A DNA stretch of 63,614 nt, filler included, from Octopus bimaculoides (lineage: Eukaryota), in assembly GCF_001194135.2 (NCBI RefSeq). It is 7 parts of 7 records of this genome, joined end to end, with 100 filler letters (N's around TTAATTAATTAA, not from the genome) between each part and the next. Parts side by side here need not be neighbours in the genome. Positions count along the whole stretch, not along the records: positions 34,749 to 40,418 come from NW_026301946.1; positions 40,519 to 56,717 come from NC_068981.1; 5 more parts are not named here. One strand, given 5' to 3'. Shown one piece after another: positions 38,109-51,826 of the stretch; the first letter of the stretch is position 1, and each line of letters starts with the position of its first letter. Under the pieces are notes generated by a model. That model saw only the letters and a list, made by a program, of their open reading frames with translations. It was not told the origin of the DNA and did not search any database. A program made the translations under genes and the position numbers.

Positions 38109-38942
38109 GTAATTTATGTAGGAAAACACACTTGAAATTTATGTGAGACTAGATTAACAGAGCCATAAATGATGATGGCAGATGTTTTAATAAACTTTCT
38201 GATATGTTTAACATTTTGGTTTGTATGTACAAATATTTGATTTTTCCAGTTGGAGGTGTTGCTGAAAAATGTACACCATGAAAGTTACAAGAGACTGTAT
38301 GAAAATGTAAATAAAAATACCAAAAGAGCAGTAAATAAAAAAAATAAAAAATATACAGATTTGATTACTTTCAATATGTTCACTATGTTGTAGATAGGGA
38401 TCTACATGTTATTTTATACTGATATTTTCCACAATCAATACTCCACCTAATTTCATAAATTTTATACATGTACATGTATTCAAAACCACCAGGGTCTTAC
38501 ACACAGATACCATACATCTTCAAAGGTTTTCAAGGAACAATAGGTTTAGTTTATGCAAAAGCTGTTCGTTTGCAACATATCTGACATATTATCCATACAA
38601 AAACTACAACTGTTTATTATAAGTGTCATTGTTCATGTTCACTGCAAAAGTTCCTGAAGAGCAATGTTTCTTGTATAGACATGAAGAGGCAGCAACACAC
38701 CTTAACATTCTGAACTTTCAATCTGTAATTTCAATGTATTTCTGTTTGTTTTTGTATTTTTTGTGCCTAAAGCTAAAAAATATGTGCATGCAGTGTCATA
38801 AATAAATAAGATAAAGTTGAGTATATAATACCTCTCAATAAGCTGAATAATGGAATACAGTGGAATATATGAATGATCAATAGTGGAATAAGTGTATATA
38901 CAAATACACATAGCATATTAAATACATATTGATGATATATTG

Positions 38943-38976
<34 letters not shown>

Positions 38977-39982
38977 NNNNNNNNNNNNNNNNNNNNNNNN
39001 NNNNNNNNNNNNNNNNNNNNNNNNNNNNNNNNNNNNNNNNNNNNNNNNNNNNNNNNNNNNNNNNNNNNNNNNNNNNNNNNNNNNNNNNNNNNNNNNNNNN
39101 NNNNNNNNNNNNNNNNNNNNNNNNNNNNNNNNNNNNNNNNNNNNNNNNNNNNNNNNNNNNNNNNNNNNNNNNNNNNNNNNNNNNNNNNNNNNNNNNNNNN
39201 NNNNNNNNNNNNNNNNNNNNNNNNNNNNNNNNNNNNNNNNNNNNNNNNNNNNNNNNNNNNNNNNNNNNNNNNNNNNNNNNNNNNNNNNNNNNNNNNNNNN
39301 NNNNNNNNNNNNNNNNNNNNNNNNNNNNNNNNNNNNNNNNNNNNNNNNNNNNNNNNNNNNNNNTTATCCCTCCCATCATGATCTGTAGCACGAACGGACC
39401 CGGGTTTCAGGGTTATTTCCCTTCGTCAGCGTCCGATAGCCACTGATCTTTGATGAGAGAGACAAAATCTTGGCAATCTTATATCTACTTTTCCAGTGAA
39501 ATTCTTCACTGATATCGAAAAGGTGAAAACAAGCAATGTTAATTCTCTAAATGAAGTATTAACAGTAACTGCACGATAAAGTGTAGTATATTGCCACTTA
39601 AGTGTGGCTGACCCCTAGGGGTGGATGTTACTGTTGCTTTTAGCCCCAGGAGGACATCTCCTCCAGCTGGCTTATTGACACACTACTGTGTCCTGTTTGC
39701 CAAGGGAAGTTATCCCTAACTGTATAAACTAAAAGTTGGAGGGGGATGGGCTAAACTACCTGCATCAACTTGCTATAAAAGCGGGTGGTAATTTTACTTT
39801 GTCCTTATTCTTAGTGCAAGTTTTGAAGAGTGCAGTTTGATTTTAACAGTTATTTTTTCAAAGCTATAATGGAAGTGATAAAGGAGCATATTCGGGATAT
39901 TTTGCTTTATGAGTTCAATCAATCATTCAATCAATCAATCAATCAATTAATCAATCAATCAATCAATCAATCACTCAGACAG

Positions 39983-40035
<53 letters not shown>

Positions 40036-40051
40036 TTATCCATCTATCTAT

Positions 40052-40417
40052 ACCCCTTCGGGTAGATGGCAAAATACAAACCCCTTCGGGTAGATGGCCC
40101 TCCTCGATCTGTAGAAAAGGCGTGGGTAGTAACTCTATAAGATGCACCCAGTGCAAGCTATGGACACATAAGAGGTGCAGCAATATCAAAGGAAGGTTAA
40201 CTAGGAAGTTAGTTTTCGTTTGTAGCAGATGTTCAGGAGCTATAAACACTGTGAATGTGCAGAAAACAACTTCTGCTACATTCCAGGGAGAAAAACTAGA
40301 AGTGGTTGATAGCTTTCGCTATCTTGGTAACCAAATTAGTAGTGGGGGTGGGTGCGCTGAAAGCGTAGCTGCTAGTGACAAAGGGCCTCTCACTCAGAGT
40401 AAAAGGTAGACTGTATG
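40052..40417 (+). pseudogene. RTE LINE RT C-terminal fragment with PHD-like zinc finger
   Basis: GRWPSSICRKGVGSNSIRCTQCKLWTHKRC...FVCSRC, then KLEVVDSFRYLG..ISSGGG; frameshift to VTKGLSLRVKGRLY. Confidence 0.8.
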
Positions 40418-40619
40418 ANNNNNNNNNNNNNNNNNNNNNNNNNNNNNNNNNNNNNNNNNNNNTTAATTAATTAANNNNNNNNNNNNNNNNNNNNNNNNNN
40501 NNNNNNNNNNNNNNNNNNGTTATTTATCCACAAGGTCTGTTTGGGTGGTAGAACTCCTGTTCGGATGGGTTTGAGTGAGTATCCTGCTTCTTTTGTGGCT
40601 GCAGTGGCTGCCGCATATA

Positions 40620-40680
<61 letters not shown>

Positions 40681-40682
<2 letters not shown>

Positions 40683-40905
40683 GGCAGTGAACTGGCAGAA
40701 TCGTTTGTACGCTGGACGAAATGCTTAGCGGTATTTCGCCCATCGCCCCATTCTGAGTTCAAATTCCGCCGATGTCGACTTTGCCTTTCATCCTTTCGAG
40801 GTTGATTAAATGAGTACCAGTTACGCACTGGCGTCGATGTAATCGACTTAATCCCCCTCCCTCAAGCAGCCCTTGTGGCAAAAATTTGAAATCATTATTA
40901 TTATT
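40681..40905 (+). mobile_element. Nin/Deu SINE inserted in (ATT)n
   Basis: Family match, flanked by ATT tracts. Confidence 0.8.
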
Positions 40906-42117
40906 ATCATCTTGAAGCTAAAACAATTTCATGCACATATGGCATGTACATTTTTTTAACAACTTTTTTCATTTTTGCTATAATAATTATTATTATTATT
41001 GTTATCACTGTTGTTGCAGGCATCAACACAAACATTATTAAATATTAAAACGATTGGTTTTATTCTTAATATTTATATTATTGCTCAATTTCGTGTTGTT
41101 AGAAATATTGTTGCTATTTGAGCAATCGATTACAAACTTGAAACATTCGTATTTTATACGCCATCTCTCCTTGTTGGGAGAAAATATTCTACACCACTGT
41201 TGTCTACCATTTTTGTACAAATCTTTGATAGACATGACTTTATAATTGATGACATTTGCCCGACGTGGCACCCTGCTGAATCGAATCTGAAACCATACAT
41301 CTGCGAAGTAAACTTCTTACCATACGCTTATATAAGGTAACCACTACTTGATCGTTCGACCTGCAAGAAATAGCAGCAAAATTTCTCTCAAACTACTTCC
41401 TCGTTATTTTTTTTAAGCTAAAATATTGTACACTGTACTCTTAAATAGCCTAAACAAATGGAATAGTCATAGCTGGAATGTCGTTTATCATAGTTCTGCT
41501 TCATTAGAGACTTAAGCCACCTTCCACACCGACACCATACTGTCTGTATTGAATGAATTTCTGTCATAAAAACAGTAATGGAATTATATGAAATAACCGC
41601 AATTCTTCAGAAATGTGAAGGTTTTCTCATTTTCCTTGAAATAACGTTTTATTTTATTTCATTTTATTGGGGTTTTTTTTAAATTTAGGTACATTGATAA
41701 ACACTTAGAAGAGGGATAACATTCGCTTAAACTGCCCCTAGTATTCGAACGGCACTTTACTCTATCAACCCCGGTGATAAAATAAAGTATCAGTCAAATA
41801 TAAGAGTTTGCTCCCTCATTTTATTGATTTCGGTGACATTTAAACACAGGCCCGAAAAAATATAACTCAATATCGCAAGGTATTTTGTCCAACATTCTAA
41901 CGAGTCTGGTGACGTCACCACCACCGACGACATGTTTTAAAAAGAAGTTTTATCTTTGTTGTCATTTTGTAATATCTCCTTAGTTACCCTTGAGGCAAAT
42001 AACACCCTGGTGAGCAGAGAAGATTTCTATGTTTACGACTACATAAGCATCTAAAACAAATGGTGAAAGTATGGTGTATGCTATCAAATCATACACGCTT
42101 TCAAGTGACAGATATCA

Positions 42118-42485
42118 TTTATCTTTTACTTTTTTCAGTCACTAGACGGAATCCATACTGGGGCACCTCCTTGTAAAATTTTAGTCGAACGAATCGATCT
42201 CAGTACTTTTTTTTGTTTTTAAGCCTGGTACTTATTCTCACAGTTTCTGTGGCCGAACCGTTAAGCCACCGCTGGACAACCGACATCGGTTGTCCAGCGG
42301 TGGCAGGGGACAAACACACACACATACATACATGTGTACGACGGGCTTCTTTCAATTTCCATCAACCAAATCCATTCACAAGGCTTTAGTCGGCTCGAGG
42401 CTATAGCAGAAAACACTTGTTCAAGGTACCACGCAGTGAGACTAAACCTGGAACCATGTAGTTGTGAAACAAACTTCTTACTGCA
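42118..42485 (-). mobile_element. CORE-type SINE, near full length
   Basis: Reverse complement of the 52023-52382 family. Confidence 0.75.
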
Positions 42486-42660
42486 CATTAACGCGTTTTT
42501 TTTTGTTTTGTTTTTTACTGAAAGGAAACTACAGCTATCAGAAAAGTGACAGGTAAAGTTAATCCTACCTGAATTTGAACTATATAAAGAGACGTCATGG
42601 GTCCACTGTACCTTTCACACTTTCAGAGTTGATGAAATACTTATCAATAAAATACTGAGA

Positions 42661-42870
42661 TTATGGCGGCGAGCTGGCAGAAATGTTAGCACGCCGGGCG
42701 AAATACTTAGCGGTATTTCGTCTGCCGTTACGTTCTGAGTTCAAATTCCGCCGAGGTCGACTTTGCCTTTCATCCTTTCGGGGTCGATAAATTAAGTACC
42801 AGTTGCGTACTGAGGTCAATCTAATTGACTAGACCCCTCTCCAAAAATTTCAGGCCTTGTACCTAGAAAA
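42661..42870 (+). mobile_element. Nin/Deu SINE, full length, 15-bp TSD
   Basis: gtcgactttgcctttcatcctttcggggtcgataaa core; TSD aataaa(a/g)tactgaga at 42646-42660 and 42871-42885. Confidence 0.85.
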
Positions 42871-43895
42871 AATAAAGTACTGAGACTGATTTAATCGACA
42901 GTACTTTCTCACAAAGGTTTGTTATAAATAATTAATGAACTATTTTGAGCTCACGGACTATTTTGAGTTCGATTCATGTTCTAGCCGGTATGAGCAAAGA
43001 TTAAGTAAGGAAAATTAATAATTTGTTGAATACAATTTTACTTATAAAGAGCAAGATATTCTTGAATAATTGTCTCTAATAAATGTTTCCTCATTTTATT
43101 TTCGATTTGCCGTTGTTGTTTAGCCCGTTGATTGTGCAGACCAATCTATGATCAAAGATGTTCCAGCAAAGACAATTTCAATTTTTATAAATATATAGCG
43201 TATCTATGATTAGAGTGCATCCATGATACTGTTTTATCATGTTATCAAATACGTAGGGACTTGGTCATGGTTAACAAGTTTACTTCACAATCAGGTTTTG
43301 GAAGATGAGCTTTATTTTGAACAAAAATTTTGACGACAAAAAAAAACATTTTAAAAGATTATTATATTAATAAAGTTCAATAAATCTTTTCTTACTTTTT
43401 CCGATTTCTTTTTGTTTTCTCACATTTTTATTTGATTTTTATTACTAAAAAAAATTAATATATTTATAAGTGCGACCAACTGCAACCTACCTTGCTTCAC
43501 ACATGAGAACCGAGATTGTCTAGTGCTAATACTAACGATTATGATAATGGTTTCTGTCATTGGTACAAGAACACAAATATATATGGGAGGAAGAAAGTTG
43601 AGTAAATGACGTTTGGTATATATTATAGACTGTAAGGAAATAAATATTGAAGTCGAATCGAGTGGGAACAGAATGTGATATAAAGAAAGAAGTATACTGT
43701 CCAGCTCTCTGTCGCTTTAACCAGCTCTCTTGAACTAATCTTAATATCTAAAATTACTCTAGATTTCTGTTATACACTATCCGCTAAAACACAGATATAA
43801 ATGGCTAAGTAGATCCATGCGGTATTTGATCTAAGAATTGAAAGATTTGTGACTAATTAGTAAAAGCCTCAACAAAATTCATTTACATTTTGAAA

Positions 43896-43934
<39 letters not shown>

Positions 43935-46125
43935 TTTAAAATTAACGCAAAATGTTTTAACCCTTTTACTGCGCGATGAAGACATATTCACTCAAAACTT
44001 CATTGCGCTTAGTTATGGAAAGCAGTTTTATATACTAATCTATCCTCTGTTAAGGACGGTCAGGTTCGAAACTATTAACAGATGTCAAGTTTAGTGAAGC
44101 AAAGTGACTTGTAGAAAATGTCAATTTTATGTTTTCGTAGATATTTAACGTCATTACTTAAAGGCTTACGAATCTGATAAATATAAAATGTTGCGACTGA
44201 GGTTTCACTGTCTAATTATAAAATGCCTTCCAATGAAATGCTCTTAACCTATTCACTCTCCATTCTGATTATATTACCGGGGTTGACGTTAACATTCATC
44301 TGTTCACTACTAATCAACAGTATCAATACAATTGATACAAATTTAAACAATATATTTCTTATAGCTTCTGAGTTACTTATTTTCTAAACGATTGTTTTTT
44401 TACACTAACTATCGTATACAATTTTTCACCAACACTTGGTGCGTAATGTGAATTCTATGCTTCACTGATGATTGAAGAGTAAAACGACTTCAGAGTTGTC
44501 TTCCGTAATTGCAGCAATGATTAAAATATTTGTCATGGCGAATAATTTTTTATTTCTTCACTGCATAATTATTTCCAGTTAGATTTTTCAAGTTCGCTGC
44601 ATAAACTTTTTAATTGTATTAACTAACTTTTGCTTTTCTTGAGGATGGCATTTCTAAGAGTTATATATTTTTGAAGTGAGGGTTAACAGAAAATTATCAG
44701 ATTTAATCTAGTTTTGTTCTACGATACCAAATTATCATAGCAAAAAATTAACTGTAGTGTACTATAAATTGAGAGTTTATATTCTGAATTTTCCAACTAA
44801 TGAATATTAGTTTCGTCAATAGATATAAACAATGATTGAAAGATTATGACAAATATAAATGCTAGCTGCCATGTCTTTGCTAATATCATTTCTAAAAACA
44901 AAATGTATCAGATTGAACTGGAAATAATTGTCGTGGTTGGTCACGAAATTACCACGCATTATGTTCTCTCGTGTAAATACGATTTGTCATGTTTTCAAAA
45001 CTTCTTTTGAGATATTTACCAATATTCAAACCATGGAAGACATCATGTTGGTGCAAACGTTCAAATAGTTGACACAGTAGCTCTCAATGTTTTAGTATGA
45101 GTTTTTACATTTTGGGTTAAGCCCTCAAACGATATTATATCGCTTTCATAATCAATAAACGTATCAGTAAAAGTGACCATTTCTGCCACTTAACATCTAG
45201 ATACAAAAGAAATAATAATTGTTAAAACTTCCCTTATTGCGAGAGAGGAGAGAGGTATTCAAACCAATATAATGTGAAAGGATGTGGATGACAGAGTGAT
45301 GAACTAAATGATTCATAGTATTCAGTTTCATTTCCCAGGTCCTGATTTTAAATTATTCATCATTCATTTTTCATGCTCATAAAGACAGAAATAATACATT
45401 TCTAAATCTCTCAGAGAGATTTATGCAGTAGTGATACGATGAAGTAGTTGTATGCTGTCAACTTAATATGACAGTCCCCTGAAGGGAATAATACTACTGT
45501 TGGTTAGACCTAGGAAGCTACACCGCTTCCTGTCGGCCTTGACACATTTCCTGTGTCCTTATGTTTACAAGGGGAGACAAGCACTTCCACCCAGCTAAGC
45601 CTGCATCCAGAGGCATGTTTCTGAGTATTTGCTCAGAATTATTATATGTTTACAAGAGCTTGACAGGCATCTTCGACTAGCAGGTCATGCTACTCCAGAC
45701 TGATGACGATGCTGCCCATCTGTTTTTCTTTTCTTATGAATATCAAGTGGAATAAATGAGACGGTTGAGTGTTTCGTTCGCAAAAGCCTTTTCCGAATTG
45801 TAACAAAAACAAACTACTTTTACTGTATGAGCCCCAACTGCAAATAAAATAAATCCTTGCTGGAAATTTAGGAAATTAACAGCTGTCATCAATACCATGA
45901 ATGTGACAAAATTGATCTTTGGTACAAGACCTCAAATTGATTATATATATACATATATATATTCTCGGTTGGATTTACACCAGTAAATGACAGCTGCTCA
46001 TTTTATCAAACCTTAAGAGATAAAAGATATGGATAATCTTAATTTTATTTGCATTTAGGATGAAGAAGAACATAACATATCGCAAGACATAGTGTGATAA
46101 ATAGATAAGTAAGGAAAGTATCGAT

Positions 46126-46401
46126 GCAGTTTTATATTTAAGATATGAGGAATTATGTACGTTATTTACATTATTTACATTTGGCGGATATTTATCTTCA
46201 TCCAGCCTTCATGAGGTTTCGTGGGGAAATTTCGAACCTGTGTTCTCATTCCTAAGGTATTTTTTGATGTAATAATTATTATTATTATTATCATTATTAT
46301 TCAGATCACAGCCTGGAATCGAACTCGGTATCTTGGAGTTAGTAGCCCGCGCTCTTAACCACTACTACTGGTGGTGGTTAAGAGCGCGGGCTACTAATAA
46401 T

Positions 46402-46449
<48 letters not shown>

Positions 46450-46600
46450 AATAATTACATTAAAAAATACCTTAGGAATGAAAGCCCAGGTTTGAAATTT
46501 TCCCAAGACACCTGATGAAGGCCGAAGGGTATATCAGCCGAAACGTTGTGTGAACAACAAACAAGATGAGGAAAAATATCCGTCAAATGTAAATAATGTA
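46126..46600. mobile_element. Non-coding PLE-derived fold-back (tRNA head, AAT/AAC tract, hammerhead)
   Basis: Same module as 3528-3760 in inverted arms pivoting at about 46368; perfect 11-bp TSD AAAGTATCGAT at 46115-46125 and 46601-46611. Confidence 0.85.
46508..46551 (+). ncRNA. Minimal type I hammerhead ribozyme with intact core
   Basis: ACAC-CTGATGA-A-GGCCG...CAGCC-GAA-ACGT-T-GTGT: 4-bp stem I, stem II with one mismatch, palindromic ACGT stem III of the dimer type. Confidence 0.7.
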
Positions 46601-47375
46601 AAAGTATCGATATAATTGCAAAATAAGTTTTCTGATACGAGATCTTTCAGAAAATTTCTTTTAGTGTACCAAGTAATTAAGAAGGGGATTTTCAAATTAC
46701 TCGCCCTATAAAGCATTGCAATTTTGGAAAGTAAGGGGAACATTCTCTCAGAAGTCACTGTAGACTGATCGACAGAGTGTCAAACGACATGCGAAGAGTT
46801 GAATATTTTCACCCCAACAATCTATACTTAGCAAATATATCTTTAGCTGTTAAGTCTTCTAATAAATCTAAGGAAAGCAACGAGAAACCTTTTCAGCATT
46901 AAACTAACTACAATTGACTCCATTCAGTCTAACACTGGATTGATCCATGTCCTGATTCGGCCTGTGATCGATAGTTGCTTCTGTGCTAGAATTCGAGCCT
47001 CGCTAACATATCTTATAGCGCAGTGGTTTATGTATATATTGACTACAATGAGCTAAAGACGTCTGCACTTGTCTATTTAATGTTTCCTAACACATACAAC
47101 ATGGAAGATTTCTTCCTGAGAAATATGCTATTTTATACCATAGAAATGTAATCACCATTACCATTACTTTCAAGTTTTTGTTAAACTTCACAGCCGCAAT
47201 TGGGTTCTAAATATATTTGATACGTTCCTTAACACATCACTCTAAATGAATGATATACAGTCATTAAAACAAATGATATTAGAATATTAAACAGGATATA
47301 CTTTTCTGGATATTCACAGAATGTCCCGAAGAAAATTTGAATATTTGAGGTTTTCTCAATATCTATAACTAGGAA

Positions 47376-47378
<3 letters not shown>

Positions 47379-47466
<88 letters not shown>
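47379..47466. repeat. (CA)n microsatellite
   Basis: Direct reading. Confidence 0.95.
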
Positions 47467-47467
<1 letters not shown>

Positions 47468-49795
47468 CCAAGTCGTACACATGTAATATTTTGTCAATAT
47501 TCTTAAATGTGAAGATTTAAATACATTTGACTGCATCTAAGTGGTAAACGTTTATTGTTATAAATCTTAATGATATATATTCTCTAGGTAGCTCTTTCAT
47601 ATAATATAGAGAAATTAAGATATTTTCATGCAGAGAGGGGAAATGAAAAAGTCATCAAAATTATATAAAGTTATTATTGCAAAAATAACATAACTGTAGT
47701 TTGTGTTGTGGTTTCAGATAGTTTATTATGATACTGATGTTGATAATGATCATGAGGATGAATAAAATATTGATGATAATGATAAAAAGAGGAATTAAAA
47801 CCAAAAATAAAGACCATTGTCATCTTATTCTACTAAACACTGTATGATAAACAACAAAGAGTTGGGAGGAAAATTTAAATGAATCGAGTTTTGCTTCATT
47901 TGATTCCCATCTGTAGCTGATTGATTTCATTTATATTGTTAATGATCTCTAATGGAGATACAGGTGTCATTTTCTCCGTTTTAACTTCTTTGTGTGAATG
48001 AATAGCCATCTAAAATCAGTAGAAACGAAAATGATATCTGAAAGGTCATGTATTCTAATGGTTATCATCCGTACATATCCCCTAAATAGAACATTACCAG
48101 ATAACTGAAGTGACTTAGTCTCGGAATTCAAAGATGTCACAATTTTGGCACCTCTTACTCTATAACTCGCGCGATTAAAATATCAGGAAACACATTTATG
48201 GATTCTAAATTTGTATTTTAAAATGGGGATTATTTTAGAATCTATCACAGAAAACGTGAAACTTAGCTAAAACAAACATAGTTAGAAAAAGATAATCTCT
48301 TGGCTTACAAAAGAGTTACCACGGACAAATAAATACTGGATCAGCTACTATAAATCGTGATCCAGTAACGGGAGTTGAGTTTTTCCTATGAACAAAACAC
48401 TCAGCAGTACCTCCTTTGTGTCAAAAGAAAACACAATTTTAATCCTGCCTGTAATGAGCCCAGTGCTTCTCAATGTTGGCAGTACAGACCTCGGGAAAAT
48501 AGTGGAAAATTATTTATAGGTACTGGACACAAACGGAGTAGTAGGAGGTGATAGAGGTTTCTGTATAGTCATTTTTAGTCTTCGTTTCATATTTAAAATG
48601 TTAAGTTAAAAAAATTAATGCAATATTTCTGACTTGTGCGTGCATATATATATATNNNNNNNNNNNNNNNNNNNNNNNNNNNNNNNNNNNNNNNNNNNNN
48701 NNNNNNNNNNNNNNNNNNNNNNNNNNNNNNNNNNNNNNNNNNNNNNNNNNNNNNNNNNNNNNNNNNNNNNNNNNNNNNNNNNNNNNNNNNNNNNNNNNNN
48801 NNNNNNNNNNNNNNNNNNNNNNNNNNNNNNNNNNNNNNNNNNNNNNNNNNNNNNNNNNNNNNNNNNNNNNNNNNNNNNNNNNNNNNNNNNNNNNNNNNNN
48901 NNNNNNNNNNNNNNNNNNNNNNNNNNNNNNNNNNNNNNNNNNNNNNNNNNNNNNNNNNNNNNNNNNNNNNNNNNNNNNNNNNNNNNNNNNNNNNNNNNNN
49001 NNNNNNNNNNNNNNNNNNNNNNNNNNNNNNNNNNNNNNNNNNNNNNNNNNNNNNNNNNNNNNNNNNNNNNNNNNNNNNNNNNNNNNNNNNNNNNNNNNNN
49101 NATATATATATATATATATATATAGTTGAAATTTATAGAAAAACAAAAGACGAAAACAGGTGTATGAACAACAATCAAGTATATTAGCTTGACGCTCAGG
49201 AAAAATGAAAATGTTTTTTTACATTTCGAGCCTACGCTCTTCAACAGAAAATAATAAGAGGAGATCAACTGAGAGAGAAAGAAAAAAGCGTGTAGAGCTT
49301 AGCGGTCTAGCATGGCGAATGATTGGGAAAAAAGAGGTTGAAAGAAAGGGAGATAATAATAAAAAAGAGGTAGAATGAAAGGTAGATAATAATAGTGCTA
49401 GTGGTCCCAACAATAGGAAGTACGCGTGCGTGTGTATCTATGTGAGAATTGTGTGTGTGAGTGTGTAAGTGTGTAGGTGGGAATAGGTGTGAGTGACTCT
49501 GACATATGTAAGTGTGTGTGCGTATGTTTGTGTAACGTGTGTGTGTGTGTGTAGCAGTTTACGTGTGCTTTTTTCACGTGGTGTGTGCACATGTGTGTGT
49601 ATGTCTGTGACCAAACAATGTGCATGTGTATGATGTTTGATGTTTGAAAAGTTATTTTTGTCTATGTATATTACATGTGTTAATGCGTTTCGTGTGTGTG
49701 TATATATATTGTCTGTGTTCAGGTATCATGTACTTGTGTGGGTGTGGGAGTGTGCATAATAGTTTAAGTTAAAGAGTGTATGTGGCTGCTCATAC

Positions 49796-49837
<42 letters not shown>

Positions 49838-49841
49838 GCGA

Positions 49842-49927
<86 letters not shown>

Positions 49928-50760
49928 ATATGATATATTTAATTTAGCAAAATTATGGCGAGAGGCGTTGAAAAGTATTTGTGAAAGAGAGGAGGTGATT
50001 CCGTCTGCTTAATTATACTCAAAAGATTGAATTCACCTGACGTTGCTCATGGTGTCATGCACTGAGGGGAAACCCGAAACTGCGTGATTGTAAAGGAAAA
50101 TCATTAACACGGTTACCCAGCACTAAGATATTTGATTTACTCTGTTCCTTTCTGAATTTAACAGTAGCTCACAAATTTAATCGGCTCACTATTAGTATAT
50201 TACTGGCTCTTCCACTACCGATCTCTGAGATGCAAGGGAAAGTCGATCTCAATTTGAACTCAGAACGTAAGGAAGTATAACGGAATAACAATAGTTTTTT
50301 TGTCACCACTCTATAGATACAATACTGACTCGCTAAAAATTGAAACTAGAATGTAAAAATAAAAAAGAAACAACTTTTGTTTAGCGTTCTACCAATTCTT
50401 CTATTCAGCATTCTCTCTGAATTACTAACGTAAATCCTCGAGAGTTACGTAATCTTTAAAAATTCCTATTCATTCGATCATAACTTTAAACCGTTATAGC
50501 AATTCAGAAATTATAATTATCGCCATAAGTCTAGAACTGCATAGATATTTTAGAACTTATAATTTAATTTTGCATTTAACCGAAAAATATTTAACAAGGA
50601 AAACTAAAAATTGGAGAATGAATGCATATATAGACATAAATGGAAAATGATAACCAAATAAAAATGGAAAGATAAGAATTTGGCAATCTCTAAAACGAGC
50701 AATTAAGAATGACCGAGAAACTATTTAGGCCAACGTCTAGGGTTCGGTTTCTAATTGAAG

Positions 50761-51102
50761 TCATTTCTGTGAAACTTTTGGAGATAAACGCATAGCTTCT
50801 GTGTCTTTTCTTGAAACATATGTTTCACTTGTTTCTGATCGTCTGATTCCCACTTCGTCGGAGACTAAATATTGATTTCCGACGGTATTCGTAGAAGATT
50901 GTTCTCCCCAACTTGTAGCGCAATCCAAACCTACGTTTGGAGATTGTGTTTCGGAGTGTATACTGCATCTGGCGCTGTCGTTTGTGGCAATATCTGTTTG
51001 TCGTTCTCTAGTCAGTGACGAAAATGTTGTGATTGTCCTTGAGCGGAGGAAATTTTTTCTTTCTATTTTCTGTTTCCAGGCCATCTTGATTTCAGTTTGA
51101 AC
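50761..51102 (-). CDS. Probable terminal coding exon of a class B (secretin-like) GPCR: helix 8 plus cytoplasmic tail
   Basis: Acceptor tttacttttctag| in phase 0, then 113 codons open to TGA. VQTEIKMAWKQKIER fits the class B (NGE)|VQxEIKxxW motif at its conserved intron position, followed by a Ser/Thr-rich tail. Confidence 0.6.
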   Translation of the reverse strand, partial: VQTEIKMAWKQKIERKNFLRSRTITTFSSLTRERQTDIATNDSARCSIHSETQSPNVGLDCATSWGEQSSTNTVGNQYLVSDEVGIRRSETSETYVSRKDTEAMRLSPKVSQK

Positions 51103-51826
51103 CTAGAAAAGTAAATATTTATAAAACAATAATTAATGCTTGAAGTTTTACACCGTCACATTCGCATAATCACCTTTTGCAGTGACTATGATACTTTTTA
51201 GGACGAATTGTCTAAAAATTATGACGTTTGAACCATTAAAGATTCAAACAACTAAGATCGCAGGTTTGACTTCTGGACTGGGTTACGTGTTATGTCCTTG
51301 AGTATGTCACTCGTTTCACGTTGCTCTAGTCAACTTAACTGAAATGAATACCAACCAAGTGCTGACACAGCCCTTTCTCCCTCCAGCTGTTATGTCTTAA
51401 ATTTTCTTTGGGGTCAAGAGTAGGAATTCCAGGAAGATATTTATGTATGCTGTTATTAAGCTTACATAACGAATATACATTTAGTTAAGATAAGGCTCAT
51501 AAACACTAACGTAAAATTTAAAATTTAAAATTCGACGGTAGACAAAGTAAATTATAAAAACAGCAATAATTTAAATTACATAAAAGACAATTGTAAAACA
51601 AAGAGGAAAGGAAGATATAGAAATGAATAATAAGACATAAAAGAAAATGTGGAGGAAAATTAACAAGGAAAACTAAAAGATAAGTAAACAAATAAGAATG
51701 ATAAATAGTAGAAGAGGCGAGTAGCAACAACAGTGAAAATAAAAAGTGATTCATATTTGTCTGCAAAAGTTACGTCATAAAAATTGCGTAAATTAAATAC
51801 AGTAATGTCATAGAATAGTGTAGATA

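Noticed and set aside
48334-48367. 10-bp inverted repeat TACTGGATCA/TGATCCAGTA as a miRNA hairpin
   Set aside because: Stem too short and does not extend.
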